Source: Ignavibacteria bacterium
GTDB lineage: Bacteria; Bacteroidota; Ignavibacteria; Ch128b
Length of the DNA stretch: 64,000 nucleotides
Direction of reading: 5' to 3'
Assembly: GCA_013177855.1 (NCBI GenBank)
Contig: JABLYA010000001.1
Location: 2,000,983 to 2,064,982, forward strand
The translations under genes were made by a program, and so were the position numbers. Positions 17,275 to 27,711 of the stretch are shown piece after piece (position 1 is the stretch's first letter; each line of letters starts with the position of its first letter). Below the pieces are notes generated by a model. That model was not told the origin of the DNA. It searched no databases and saw only the letters and a list, made by a program, of their open reading frames with translations.

Positions 17275-18703
17275 ATCATTACAGCAAAAAATTAAGGACT
17301 ATTTCCGAAGCACTAGGTTTCAAACAACTCTCTGGTATTCCATAATACTTTTGTTTTTTGAAATTATTTTGGGTGCAATCATTTATATATATGTGAACAA
17401 TTCGATGAGAAAAGAACTCGACCATTCATTAATAAAGCAAGCTGAAACAATTTATAATTTTGTCCAAAAAAGCGATATAAATTTAGCTGACTTTGAAGCA
17501 GATTCAATTTATGCATCACCTGATGAGTTAGTTTATGACTTAATTTTCGAAGCATTAGCATATAATCCTAAAAATACTTTTGTACAGATTAAGGTTAAAG
17601 ACAAAATAGTTTTTAAAACGGCAAATCTTGTATCGACAACTTTCAATTTTAAAGATCAAAAGGAAGGACTTGAGCTTTTTGATTATAATGATCCAAACCT
17701 TTCCGATTACCTTATAAGAGTTGTTAATTTCAAAAAGAAAGAATATAACATTACAGTTGCGTATCCACTTGATTTGATATATTCTACACTAAATAATTTG
17801 TTGCAGCTTTACATTTTAATTTTTCCATTTTCATTGATAATCTCATTTGTTGTGGGTGCATTTCTTTCTTTTAGGGCTTTAGCTAGAATTGATAAAATAA
17901 TTAATCGTACTGAAGAAATAGACGCATATAATCTGAATGCTTATCTCGAAGGTGAAGATGCTTCCGATGAATATGGAAGGTTAGTCAGAACTCTTAATAA
18001 TATGTTGAAAAGAATAAAAAGCTCAATTGAGTATATGAATTATTTCACCGTGAGCGCATCACATGAACTTAAGACTCCGCTAACAATCCTTCGTGGAGAA
18101 TTAGAACTTGCTTTAAAATCAACGAAGTCGAATGAAGAGTACCTTGAAATAATTAAAAGCAGTTATGAAGAAACTATGAGATTGATAAATATCATCGATC
18201 GATTATTCTTGATCACAAAGCTTGATAACTCAATTATTAATCTTAATATTTCTCCAATTGATCTAACGAATTTGCTAAACCGCGTCGTAAACGATTTTTC
18301 TTTTCTACTAAGAGAAAAGAAAATAAAAGTTAAATATAATTTAGACACTAATGATGACTTGTTTATAAACGCTGATGGTGAATTATTAAAACAATTATTT
18401 ATTAATCTACTTGATAATGCAATTAAATATTCTTATCCAGAGACCGAAATTGTGATTAACTGCAAAAAAACTCCAGAAAACAAAGTAAGATTTGAGATTA
18501 TTAATCAGAGCGAACACATCCCGGAAGATGTTCTCCCGCATCTATTTGAAAGGTTTTATCGTGTTGAATCGTCAAGAAATAGAGGACTTGGCGGGATTGG
18601 TCTTGGTTTATCCATTGTAAAGCAAATTGTTGATCTTCATAAATTTTCAATCAATTTAAAGAGCGAAAAGGAAGGTTATTTTATAGTTTCGATTATAATG
18701 TAA
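17267..18703 (+). CDS. Sensor histidine kinase (two TM, periplasmic domain, HisKA, HATPase)
   Basis: It overlaps the RR by 8 nt. H-box SASHELKTPLT. N-box NLLDNAIKYS. G-boxes GLGGIGLGLSIV. Confidence 0.85.
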   Translation: MIKSLQQKIKDYFRSTRFQTTLWYSIILLFFEIILGAIIYIYVNNSMRKELDHSLIKQAETIYNFVQKSDINLADFEADSIYASPDELVYDLIFEALAYNPKNTFVQIKVKDKIVFKTANLVSTTFNFKDQKEGLELFDYNDPNLSDYLIRVVNFKKKEYNITVAYPLDLIYSTLNNLLQLYILIFPFSLIISFVVGAFLSFRALARIDKIINRTEEIDAYNLNAYLEGEDASDEYGRLVRTLNNMLKRIKSSIEYMNYFTVSASHELKTPLTILRGELELALKSTKSNEEYLEIIKSSYEETMRLINIIDRLFLITKLDNSIINLNISPIDLTNLLNRVVNDFSFLLREKKIKVKYNLDTNDDLFINADGELLKQLFINLLDNAIKYSYPETEIVINCKKTPENKVRFEIINQSEHIPEDVLPHLFERFYRVESSRNRGLGGIGLGLSIVKQIVDLHKFSINLKSEKEGYFIVSIIM

Positions 18704-19096
18704 CCTATGATTTTGATTGAGCATTGCATCGAGTCACACTACTTTAGTTAAATCGATTCTAATCATTAGTTTAAAATTGAGTTCTCCTTAGGCTGTATTT
18801 GAATATGACGATTTATTTCAATCGATAAATGTGAAATTGAGAGTACGAAAATAAAAATCAAAGAGTCAGGTCCTGTAATTAACAGTAAACGAGAAAAAAC
18901 TCAAAAAACATAAAGTCTTTTTTAAATAGATATATTGAGAAGGTTTTGCAAAAAGTTTTTAGAGATGTTTCGATTCCAATTGCACATTTGACCTGCGGCA
19001 TTAAAAAAAATGATTAAAGGTACATGATAATTTATAGCTTTAAAATCATAACAGAATATTATAATCAGATAAACTGCAATTAAGTTTAAAAATCTT

Positions 19097-19912
19097 TTAT
19101 TTGATTCCACCTTCAAAAATTCCTTTTTCAAAATACTTGCTTAAAAATACAGTTAGCAAAATAGATGGAAGCATTGCCAGAAGTGAACCACTTGCAATTA
19201 ATCTGAAATTATCAACAAAAGTACCGGTCATATAACTTAATCCAACTTGAAGAGTGTAATTTTCTTGAGACCTTAAGATTATTAATGGAAAAAGAAAATC
19301 GCTCCATGTTGATATGAAGACAAGCAATGCTAAAGAAATTAATGTAGGCTTTGCCATCGGTAATAAAATTTTCCAGTAAACTTTGAAAAGACTGCAGCCA
19401 TCAACAATTGCAGCGTCAATAAATTCATTCGGTATGGAAATAAAAGCCTGCCGCATCATAAAAATTGAAAAACCACTAACAAGTGAAGGAAGAATTATTC
19501 CCACAAGTGAGTCAATCAATCTTAAGTTTAGAAGAATTAAATAATTTGGAATTAAAATCATCTCTTGCGGAATTATTAAAGAAACAATCACGATAAACAT
19601 TAAAATTTTTTTAAATCTGAAATTAAATCTGGCAAGAATAAATCCAGTTAAAGAACCTAAGAAGAGATTTCCTATAACAACAAAAAGTGTGACAATAAAT
19701 GAGTTTATGTAATATCTTCCAAAAGGAATGGCTGTCCATATCTCTTTAAAATTATTTAGCGTAAATTTTTGGGGAATTAATTTTGGGGGAATTATGAAAA
19801 TTTCTTCAGAACCTTTAAATGAAGTTGAAACTAACCATAGAAAAGGAAAGACCGAAATGAAAATAAATAAAATTAATATGGTATATGTGAGCGCAGCTTT
19901 GAAAAATTTCAT
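19097..19912 (-). CDS. Carbohydrate ABC transporter permease (MalG/UgpE-like)
   Basis: 6 TM with an EAA-like loop. It is translationally coupled to the upstream permease by a 4-nt overlap. Confidence 0.8.
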   Translation of the reverse strand: MKFFKAALTYTILILFIFISVFPFLWLVSTSFKGSEEIFIIPPKLIPQKFTLNNFKEIWTAIPFGRYYINSFIVTLFVVIGNLFLGSLTGFILARFNFRFKKILMFIVIVSLIIPQEMILIPNYLILLNLRLIDSLVGIILPSLVSGFSIFMMRQAFISIPNEFIDAAIVDGCSLFKVYWKILLPMAKPTLISLALLVFISTWSDFLFPLIILRSQENYTLQVGLSYMTGTFVDNFRLIASGSLLAMLPSILLTVFLSKYFEKGIFEGGIK

Positions 19913-20763
19913 CTTTCTCTTTCTATTAGTTTTAGATTTAGATAAGAAAATCCGAGTGTGATGACAAATACAACTATTCCAATAGTTGAGCCGTAACTTA
20001 AATCAAATCTTTCAAAAGCTTGATGATAGAGGTAATAAACCATTGTTTTGTGACTGAGCGGTGCACCAGGAATCAAAATGTAAATTTCAGTGAAGAGTTT
20101 TATTGCCGCAGAACCGGATAAAACAAAAACGAGAGTTAGAGTTGGTTTTAATTGTGGTAAAACGATGAAAAACATCCTTCTGAAGAACCCAGCTCCGTCT
20201 AAAATTGCTGCTTCTTCGATGTCTTTAGAAATTGACATTAATCCTGCAAAGAAAATAATTAAGTAATAACCGAATCCTCTCCAGATAGTTAATATCATTA
20301 TACTAAAAATATTTTCCGGATAAGAAGTCAACCAGTTAACTTTGGTATTGAAGAATGAAGAAATTACATAGTTTAAAAATCCAGAATCCTCATTAAAAAT
20401 ATACCGCCACATAATTCCTGAGATAATGACTGGCGTTACAACAGGCAAAAAATAAATCGTCTTAAAAAAGTTTTGTCCTCTTTGTAAATCCTTAATTAAT
20501 ACAGCAAGAGTAAGTGATATAAGTGCAAGAACAGGAGTGACCAGTAAATAAATAAATGAATTGATTAGTGCAGAGTAGAAATATTTATCGTAAAAGAGTC
20601 TTAGAAAATTTTTTAATCCTACAAATTCAGATTTTCCGAAAAAGTTAATTTTGAACAGGCTGATTGAAAATGCTAATAAAGTCGGTAGTGATGAAAAAAG
20701 GAAAATAAAAACAAAAGTGGGGAGCAAAAATAGAACAAGTGAACTTTTTGATGCGAGTTTCAT
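19909..20763 (-). CDS. Carbohydrate ABC transporter permease (MalF/UgpA-like)
   Basis: 6 TM binding-protein-dependent transport system inner membrane component. Confidence 0.8.
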   Translation of the reverse strand: MKLASKSSLVLFLLPTFVFIFLFSSLPTLLAFSISLFKINFFGKSEFVGLKNFLRLFYDKYFYSALINSFIYLLVTPVLALISLTLAVLIKDLQRGQNFFKTIYFLPVVTPVIISGIMWRYIFNEDSGFLNYVISSFFNTKVNWLTSYPENIFSIMILTIWRGFGYYLIIFFAGLMSISKDIEEAAILDGAGFFRRMFFIVLPQLKPTLTLVFVLSGSAAIKLFTEIYILIPGAPLSHKTMVYYLYHQAFERFDLSYGSTIGIVVFVITLGFSYLNLKLIERER

Positions 20764-20794
20764 AATGCTATAATAATGAAAGAAAAGAAGAAAT

Positions 20795-20851
20795 TAATAT
20801 TAAAAAGAAAAAGGATCACCCAGAGAAAAGCTCTGAATGATCCTTTTTATT
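20795..20851 (-). terminator. Rho-independent terminator (minus strand) after the metalloprotease gene
   Basis: Nested hairpin ggatcacc-cagag-aaaag-ctctg-aatgatcc, flanked by A-run/T-run. On the minus strand it is followed by tttttcttttt. Confidence 0.6.
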
Positions 20852-20866
20852 AGGGGAATAGAACTA

Positions 20867-23080
20867 TTATTTCAGCAAGACCATCTTTTTCGTTTCAACA
20901 AATTCAGAACCAGTTTTTAAGTTCTTTGCACTAATACGATAGAAGTAAATTCCCGAACTGACTTTCTTGCCAAAAGTATCAGTTCCATTCCATTCGATTG
21001 AATGATATCCAGCTTCCTTCTGATCATTAATCAATTTCTTTACGAGCTTTCCATTAACATCATAAATTGAAACTTCAACCTGTGATCTTGCCGGCAAATC
21101 AAATCTAATTATTGTGTTAGGATTGAATGGATTAGGATAATTTTGATGCAAGAAATATCTAACAGGTAAATTTGAAATTGAATATACATCTTCCACTTTT
21201 GTTACAAAGTTTGTGTCTGCGCAATATCTTAAAGATCTAATTAAAAGAGTATCGCAATTTGCATCACTTACCATTTCCAATCCAATTCCAAAGAAAACCG
21301 TTTTCCATTTTTTAAGTGAATTCTCACTTCTGACTGCACCAATTTTTACAGTATCAGCTGTTCCAGTTCCATAATAGTATACTTTAAATGTTTTACCATA
21401 AGCGTTTTCTGTTAATTCAAGTTGATCTTTACCTGAACCAGCCATTGGAATACTTAAACCATTTCCAATATAATCACCTGCAAAACCCCGTGCACTGAAT
21501 GCAGAATTATTTGTAACAAATTTTACTCCAATATATTTCGTTAAAAGTTCATCAGTTGTGTCGGAAAATTCCGCAATATTTTTTCCAGCTAAAATTAATT
21601 TACTTCCAGATTCAAGCTGCTGGATTAAAAGATTTCTTTCTTGCTGCGAAAGATTTGATGATGAAGCACCACCAGCAACCCATAAAAATGTTAACGGTTT
21701 TGAAAATGAATTAATCAAATCATTCGAGGGTAATCCACCTTTTGCCTGAACATCCCAGCTTGAGTAAGCTACTCCCAATCTTTCAAGAGAATTGATGTAT
21801 TTGTTTTTGTTAGTCGTAACAGAATCATTCAAAACAACAAAGATTGATGTCGGTTTGAGCAAGAAATTAGTAGTTAATCCAGATCCGCCAATATAAATGC
21901 TGTCAATTACAATCGTTTTTTGAAATGGTGGATCTAAGCTAATTGTCATCTTGTAATATTCTTCACCGAAGACATTGAATGCGAAATTACCATCAGAAGA
22001 AGTGGTGTAGCTCCCAACATTTACATTATCTAAAACACTTTCTAATTTAATCGTACCTTGTACTCCCTGATTTGTATTCTGATTTATCAGAGTTCCATTA
22101 AAAGTAACCTGAGGTTTTTGACTAAGCATTGCGTCGAAGTTCAATACTTCAGTTGAACCAATTCCTCCCGGTGGATTAAAGTTAATTACTGCCGAATCGG
22201 GATAGTAACCAAATTTTTCAACCTTAACTTTAAAGTTCTGATGCATTACAGCTGTTACATATTGACCAGTTGAATCAATAACCAATTCATTTACAGGAAC
22301 CCCTGGTTTACTCCATCGATTTGTATAAGGTTGTTCGACTTTCCCAATTGTCGAACCGTAAGTTCCAATTAACTTAACCTTTGCACCAACAAGCGGTAAA
22401 CTTGTTGAAGCGTCTAATATAGTCCCCTGCAATACCCATACTGGATATAGCGAAATTGCGCCCATTGCATCATCAAGTGTAAGATGCCGTTTCGAGGTAT
22501 CACCTCGAGAATATGCATACCACATAACAGCATTCTGATTCAATGGTCCGCATCCGTTAGAACCTGATGTTGGTGATGGGGGTTGACCTGCGTGATTTAA
22601 TCCAAGATGATGTCCAAACTCATGAGTAATTACAGATCTTAAATCCATCTTGTTTGGTTCACCGTTGATGCCGGGTGTAAAATCACGGCCATTCCAGATC
22701 AAATCAGAACCTACGGCTTGATAGCCACCGACATTCGTTGTAAATGTTGAAGAGAATGCAATTACATTAGGATCGCTAAAATTAACACCCTGCATATCAA
22801 AATAAACTAAGTTAACTCCATCGTTAGCTACTTGAGAGACATTTGTATTTGCACCTCTCTGAAAGACAAAGTAACAGGCTTCAATGTTTGTCCATTCATT
22901 GGCTCCTGCTTCGATTGCTGGAATAAATTCTGCTGGTGTTGATGTATGTAATTGATATACAAATGGTAATCTATTTGGGAAGTAAATTCTATAATCCCCA
23001 TTTGAATTAGTGATTAAACAAAATCCCAGAAATCCGAAAAGGCTTAAAGCAAGTACAGTTGATAAAATATACTTTTTCAT
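20867..23080 (-). CDS. Secreted matrixin-like (metzincin, M10-like) zinc metalloprotease with T9SS C-terminal sorting domain
   Basis: Signal peptide. HEFGHHLGLNH zincin motif plus a downstream Met-turn (NAVMWY). The C-terminal ~90 aa (NYPNPFNPNTIIRF...GIYFYRI...) match the Por_Secre_tail/T9SS CTD. Confidence 0.8.
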   Translation of the reverse strand: MKKYILSTVLALSLFGFLGFCLITNSNGDYRIYFPNRLPFVYQLHTSTPAEFIPAIEAGANEWTNIEACYFVFQRGANTNVSQVANDGVNLVYFDMQGVNFSDPNVIAFSSTFTTNVGGYQAVGSDLIWNGRDFTPGINGEPNKMDLRSVITHEFGHHLGLNHAGQPPSPTSGSNGCGPLNQNAVMWYAYSRGDTSKRHLTLDDAMGAISLYPVWVLQGTILDASTSLPLVGAKVKLIGTYGSTIGKVEQPYTNRWSKPGVPVNELVIDSTGQYVTAVMHQNFKVKVEKFGYYPDSAVINFNPPGGIGSTEVLNFDAMLSQKPQVTFNGTLINQNTNQGVQGTIKLESVLDNVNVGSYTTSSDGNFAFNVFGEEYYKMTISLDPPFQKTIVIDSIYIGGSGLTTNFLLKPTSIFVVLNDSVTTNKNKYINSLERLGVAYSSWDVQAKGGLPSNDLINSFSKPLTFLWVAGGASSSNLSQQERNLLIQQLESGSKLILAGKNIAEFSDTTDELLTKYIGVKFVTNNSAFSARGFAGDYIGNGLSIPMAGSGKDQLELTENAYGKTFKVYYYGTGTADTVKIGAVRSENSLKKWKTVFFGIGLEMVSDANCDTLLIRSLRYCADTNFVTKVEDVYSISNLPVRYFLHQNYPNPFNPNTIIRFDLPARSQVEVSIYDVNGKLVKKLINDQKEAGYHSIEWNGTDTFGKKVSSGIYFYRISAKNLKTGSEFVETKKMVLLK

Positions 23081-23089
23081 CTCACCCTC

Positions 23090-23635
23090 CTACTTCTGAG
23101 CTAAATTTTTTACTGACTGAATAAATGTATTTAACTCAAAACGATTCTCAAGTCTCGATACATCAGTTATCAATCGTTTTGTTGCTGGATCAACAAGACC
23201 AACATTATTCAAACTATTCACTGCGAATTTTTTACCATTCTCTTCGTAAACCTGGAAATGACCAAGAACAATTGAATGAATCCAGTACGCTCCTTTCCAA
23301 TCTCGCAGGAAAAGAACAACTTCCTTCCCGATCTCAAGTTTTGGTGTTCCGTCAACCACCTGGGAAATGTAACCAACAGTTCCACCCAATTGTTTTACAA
23401 CAATTTTTTGTGATCTGTAATCACCTTTGATTAACTCCTTAATCTCAATTGTTGTGTAAGTATAGATTGACTTATCCTCCCAGACTGAGTAGGATGATAG
23501 AACTTTTCCGTAAACAATTATTTGGGATTCTTTGGTCATTCTTTCTAGTCCGATATATTCAACTGTCAGTGCCTTTATTTGATGGACTGACAAAAAGACC
23601 AGGCTCATGAAAATTAAAAAGATGTATCTTTTCAT
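23090..23635 (-). CDS. Hypothetical secreted protein, immediately upstream of and co-oriented with the T9SS protease
   Basis: Start chosen at MKRYIFLIFMSLVFLSV (signal peptide). A 10-nt gap separates it from the protease gene. Confidence 0.5.
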   Translation of the reverse strand: MKRYIFLIFMSLVFLSVHQIKALTVEYIGLERMTKESQIIVYGKVLSSYSVWEDKSIYTYTTIEIKELIKGDYRSQKIVVKQLGGTVGYISQVVDGTPKLEIGKEVVLFLRDWKGAYWIHSIVLGHFQVYEENGKKFAVNSLNNVGLVDPATKRLITDVSRLENRFELNTFIQSVKNLAQK

Positions 23636-23824
23636 ATTGATCACCTCATTATTAGTTTTAATTATGTGTTTTTGTTTTTTATTATAAATAAACAATTAGA
23701 AAAAATCTATTTTTATTAATCCTAAAAGTTCTGGAATTTTTTCTGAAAACAAAACTTTTTTGAAAATAAGTTTCTTTATGATAAAGCTTAATTTTATTTT
23801 TGTTATGAAAAATTTTGAAATAAT

Positions 23825-24577
23825 ATGAAAACTTTCAAACTAATCCTTCCACTTGTGATCTTTTTTCTTCAGACTAAATTTTTATTCCCACAATCAGCCC
23901 TTGAAATTGTCAATAAAGCTCAGGATTTACTTTATGCAAAGAGCAGTTATGTCGAGATGACAATGACAATTGTGAAACCTAACTGGCAAAGAAAACTCGG
24001 TATGAAAGTGTGGGCACTCGAACCTGACTATGCAATGATTTACATCACCGAACCAGCAAGAGACAAGGGAACCGTGACCTTAAAGAGAAAAAATGAAATA
24101 TGGAATTATCTACCATCCGTTCAAAAAATAATTAAAATACCGCCTTCAATGATGAATCAATCGTGGATGGGTTCTGATTTTACCAATGATGATTTAGTTA
24201 GATCTTCTTCATATAAAGATGATTATACTCACAATTTAATTGGCAGTGAGAAAATTGGAGAATATGATTGCTATAAAATTGAATCAATTCCAAAACCAAA
24301 TGCTGGAATCGTCTGGAGCAAAGTAATCTCATACATTTCTAAAAATGGGTTTATGCAATTAAAATCAGAATTTTATGACGAAGATGGAAAATTGATTAAA
24401 AATTTTAATGGCAGTGAAATCAAAAAAGTGGGTGGCAGAACAATCCCAACCAGATGGGAAATGATTCCACTTGATAAACCAGGTAATAAAACAATAATTG
24501 AATATCAGAAAATCGAGTTTAATATCAACATCAAAGAATCTTTCTTCTCACAGCAAAATATGACTCGTGTAAGATGA
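23825..24577 (+). CDS. LolA-like outer-membrane lipoprotein-sorting family protein
   Basis: Signal peptide. Its size and position ahead of the FtsX/ABC genes match this conserved cluster type. Confidence 0.6.
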   Translation: MKTFKLILPLVIFFLQTKFLFPQSALEIVNKAQDLLYAKSSYVEMTMTIVKPNWQRKLGMKVWALEPDYAMIYITEPARDKGTVTLKRKNEIWNYLPSVQKIIKIPPSMMNQSWMGSDFTNDDLVRSSSYKDDYTHNLIGSEKIGEYDCYKIESIPKPNAGIVWSKVISYISKNGFMQLKSEFYDEDGKLIKNFNGSEIKKVGGRTIPTRWEMIPLDKPGNKTIIEYQKIEFNINIKESFFSQQNMTRVR

Positions 24578-25794
24578 AATTATATTTAAAACTTGCCTGG
24601 CGAAATATCTGGCGAAATAAAAGACGAACCATTATCGCCGCATCTTCAATCTTCTTTGCAATTTTACTTGCCATCTTTACAAGATCATTGCAGCACGGAA
24701 GCTACGACTACATGATTGATAGTGCTGTTAGATTGTACACAGGCTACCTTCAAATTCATGGCAAAGGTTACTGGGAAGAAAGAACCTTAGAAAAATCAAT
24801 TGAGGCTAATGAAGAGTTTATCAATAAAATTGAAAAGACAAAGTTTGTGGAAATTGCAGTTCCCAGATTAGAAAATTTTATGCTTATTTCTTCGAATAAT
24901 ATTACGAAGGTTGCTTCTGTAATTGGAATTGATCCTGAAAAAGAAAATCAAATGACCAGGCTCAAAGAAAAATTGGTCGCGGGTCGTTATTTGAATGATT
25001 ACGATGAAGGAATTCTTATCTCCGAAGGACTTGCTCGATTGCTTAATGTGCAAACTGGTGACAGTGTAATTTTATACGGGCAGGGGATTTATGGAATAAC
25101 CGCTGCAGTTATCTCTCCAATCATTGGGATTGTAAAGTTTGCTTTGCCCGATTTGAATAATTCTTTTGTTTACTTGCCGATTAGATTTGGTCAGAATTTG
25201 TTTTCAATGGAAAATAAAATTACCACCATATCTGTGATGCTGAATAATCCTAAAAAGATTGATGAAGTTGAAATTGAATTGAAAAAACTTGCAAACAATG
25301 AATCTGAAATTATGCGATGGGAAGATATGATGCCCGAACTTGTTCAGGGTATTCAACTTGACAGCGTAAGTGGAATGATTATGCTTTTAATTCTTTACCT
25401 TGTGATTGCCTTTGGAATTTTAGGGACTGTTATGATGATGACCGCAGAAAGAACGAAAGAATTCGGCATCTTAATTTCCATTGGAGTGAAAAAATCTAAA
25501 CTAATTTTGATTACCACAATAGAGTCTGTTTCTATTGCTTTGATTGGCGGACTTTTGGGTGTTTTGTTCTCTATACCTGTTGTCTATTATTTCCATAATA
25601 ATCCAATCAGATTTACTGGTGAACTTGAAGAAATAAGTTTAAAATTTGGAGTTGAGCCTATCCTGCCATTAAGCATTGATCCAGGAATATTTGTCGCTCA
25701 GGCTTTCATTGTATTTTTTATTGCATTATTGAGTTCAATTTATCCATTGAATTTTATTAGAAAATTAAAACCAGTTGAGGCTATGAGATTGTGA
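24574..25794 (+). CDS. ABC transporter permease, FtsX/MacB/LolC family
   Basis: N-terminal TM, a large periplasmic loop, and a C-terminal 3-TM FtsX domain. 4-nt overlap with the upstream gene. Confidence 0.8.
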   Translation: MKLYLKLAWRNIWRNKRRTIIAASSIFFAILLAIFTRSLQHGSYDYMIDSAVRLYTGYLQIHGKGYWEERTLEKSIEANEEFINKIEKTKFVEIAVPRLENFMLISSNNITKVASVIGIDPEKENQMTRLKEKLVAGRYLNDYDEGILISEGLARLLNVQTGDSVILYGQGIYGITAAVISPIIGIVKFALPDLNNSFVYLPIRFGQNLFSMENKITTISVMLNNPKKIDEVEIELKKLANNESEIMRWEDMMPELVQGIQLDSVSGMIMLLILYLVIAFGILGTVMMMTAERTKEFGILISIGVKKSKLILITTIESVSIALIGGLLGVLFSIPVVYYFHNNPIRFTGELEEISLKFGVEPILPLSIDPGIFVAQAFIVFFIALLSSIYPLNFIRKLKPVEAMRL

Positions 25795-27009
25795 ATGTTA
25801 GCTAAACTTGCGTGGAAAAATATCTGGCGAAATAAAAAAAGAAGTTTGATCATAATTCTTTCAGCTTTGTTTGGAATTTGGGGCGGTGTTCTCTCAAATG
25901 GAATTTTTGTTGGAATGTGGGAGACTACTATTGAAGCTGCAATTAATCGTGAACTATCACACATTCAAATTCATCATCCTAATTTTAGAGATGAAAAATT
26001 AATTACTCAGTTTATTTCAAATCCTGATGATGTTGAAAGAATTTTGAAAAGCAATTCCCTCATTAAAGCTTATTCATCACGTACAATTTTAGAAGGAATG
26101 GCTTCCTCGCCAAATTCAGTTAGCGGAGTTAAAATTATCGCTATCGAACCAGAAGAGGAGAAACAGATCACTTCAATTTATCAGAAATTGATTGAAGGAG
26201 AATATTTTTCAAAAAATGATTACGAAATTTTAGTTGGCCAAAAATTAGCTGAGCGGCTCAAGCTTAAATTAAACTCAAAAGTTGTTTTATCATTTCAGGG
26301 ACTTGATAATAATCTCATCGCCTCTGCATTTCGAGTGGTGGGAATTTTCAAAACTGAATCAAAAATTTTCGATGAAACAAACGTTTTTATCAAGCGAAAT
26401 GATTTATTGCCAATTTTAGGGACTTCACCACCAATTCATGAGTTTGCAATTCGTGTAATATCAGCTGAGTTAATTGACAGTACTGCAAACCTTATTAAGT
26501 CCAGAGTCAATAACTTAAAAGTTGAAACCTGGAAGGAACTTGCACCAGAACTAAGTTTAACTTCTGGATTTCTTTATATGGAATTAAACATTTTTATGGG
26601 AATTATTTTATTCGCGCTCCTCTTCGGAATTTCCAATACGATGATGATGTCTGTCTTTGAAAGAATAAGAGAATTTGGAGTATTGATGGCAATTGGAATG
26701 AAAAGGCTCAGATTGTTCTTGTTAATCATTCTTGAATCAATCTTTTTACTTTTTAGTGGTGGTTTGATAGGAACATTACTTGGTTTCATATCAATTGAAC
26801 TTCTCTCGAAGAATGGAATTGATCTTTCAATTTTCGCTGAGGGAATGGCAGCTTATGGTATGTCAGCAATTCTTTATCCCGCATTACCTTTTCATATGTA
26901 TATCTCTTTGTTTGTAATGATGATGATCACAGCAGTTATTGCTTCAATTTCTCCAGCTCTCAAAGCAATAAGATTAAAACCAGCGGAAGCAATTAGAACT
27001 TATATGTAA
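25795..27009 (+). CDS. ABC transporter permease, FtsX/MacB/LolE family
   Basis: Paralogous to the previous gene (MLAKLAWKNIWRNKKRS vs MKLYLKLAWRNIWRNKRRT). Confidence 0.8.
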   Translation: MLAKLAWKNIWRNKKRSLIIILSALFGIWGGVLSNGIFVGMWETTIEAAINRELSHIQIHHPNFRDEKLITQFISNPDDVERILKSNSLIKAYSSRTILEGMASSPNSVSGVKIIAIEPEEEKQITSIYQKLIEGEYFSKNDYEILVGQKLAERLKLKLNSKVVLSFQGLDNNLIASAFRVVGIFKTESKIFDETNVFIKRNDLLPILGTSPPIHEFAIRVISAELIDSTANLIKSRVNNLKVETWKELAPELSLTSGFLYMELNIFMGIILFALLFGISNTMMMSVFERIREFGVLMAIGMKRLRLFLLIILESIFLLFSGGLIGTLLGFISIELLSKNGIDLSIFAEGMAAYGMSAILYPALPFHMYISLFVMMMITAVIASISPALKAIRLKPAEAIRTYM

Positions 27010-27024
27010 ACTTTTGGAGATAGA

Positions 27025-27711
27025 ATGGCTCTGATTAAAATTATTGATCTGAACAAGGTTTACGATACAACAAAAGTATCAGTTCAAGCATTGAAAGATA
27101 TCAACCTCGAAATTGAGAAAGGGGAATTTACGGCAATTGTTGGCCCTTCGGGTTCAGGTAAAACAACTTTGCTCAATATGATAGGCGGACTTGATTCTCC
27201 AACGAGCGGTAAAGTTTTTATCAATGATATTGATATATCCAGATTTAAACCAGATGAATTAATTGATTTCAGATTACGAAACATTGGATTTGTTTTTCAG
27301 TCTTTTAATCTCATTCCTGTTTTGACTGCAAAAGAAAATGTCGAATTCATTATGCTGCTGCAGGGTGTGCCAAAAGAAGAAAGAGAAAAAAGAACAATCG
27401 AATTATTAAATGCTGTTGGACTTGGTGATAAATTAGATGCTCGACCTTATGAACTTAGCGGCGGGCAGCAACAACGAGTCGCAGTAGCTCGTGCAATCGC
27501 ATCTCATCCCTCATTCGTGTTAGCAGATGAACCTACCGCAAATCTTGATTCAACTGCAGCTGAAGGGCTTCTGAACATAATGGAAGAATTAAATCAAAAA
27601 CTTCAAATGACTTTTATCTTTGCAACTCACGATAACAAAGTTATTAGAAGAGTCAAACGAGTTATCACTCTTGAAGATGGAAAGATAAAATCAGATGTCC
27701 GGCAAAATTAA
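27025..27711 (+). CDS. ABC transporter ATP-binding protein (LolD/MacB-type)
   Basis: Walker A GPSGSGKTT, signature LSGGQQQRVAVARA, Walker B VLADEPT. Confidence 0.9.
   Translation: MALIKIIDLNKVYDTTKVSVQALKDINLEIEKGEFTAIVGPSGSGKTTLLNMIGGLDSPTSGKVFINDIDISRFKPDELIDFRLRNIGFVFQSFNLIPVLTAKENVEFIMLLQGVPKEEREKRTIELLNAVGLGDKLDARPYELSGGQQQRVAVARAIASHPSFVLADEPTANLDSTAAEGLLNIMEELNQKLQMTFIFATHDNKVIRRVKRVITLEDGKIKSDVRQN

Noticed and set aside
18922-19131. 69-aa minus-strand ORF in the 18.7-19.1 kb gap
   Set aside because: No RBS, an AT-rich low-complexity sequence, and an overlap with the 3' end of the permease gene. It is likely non-coding.
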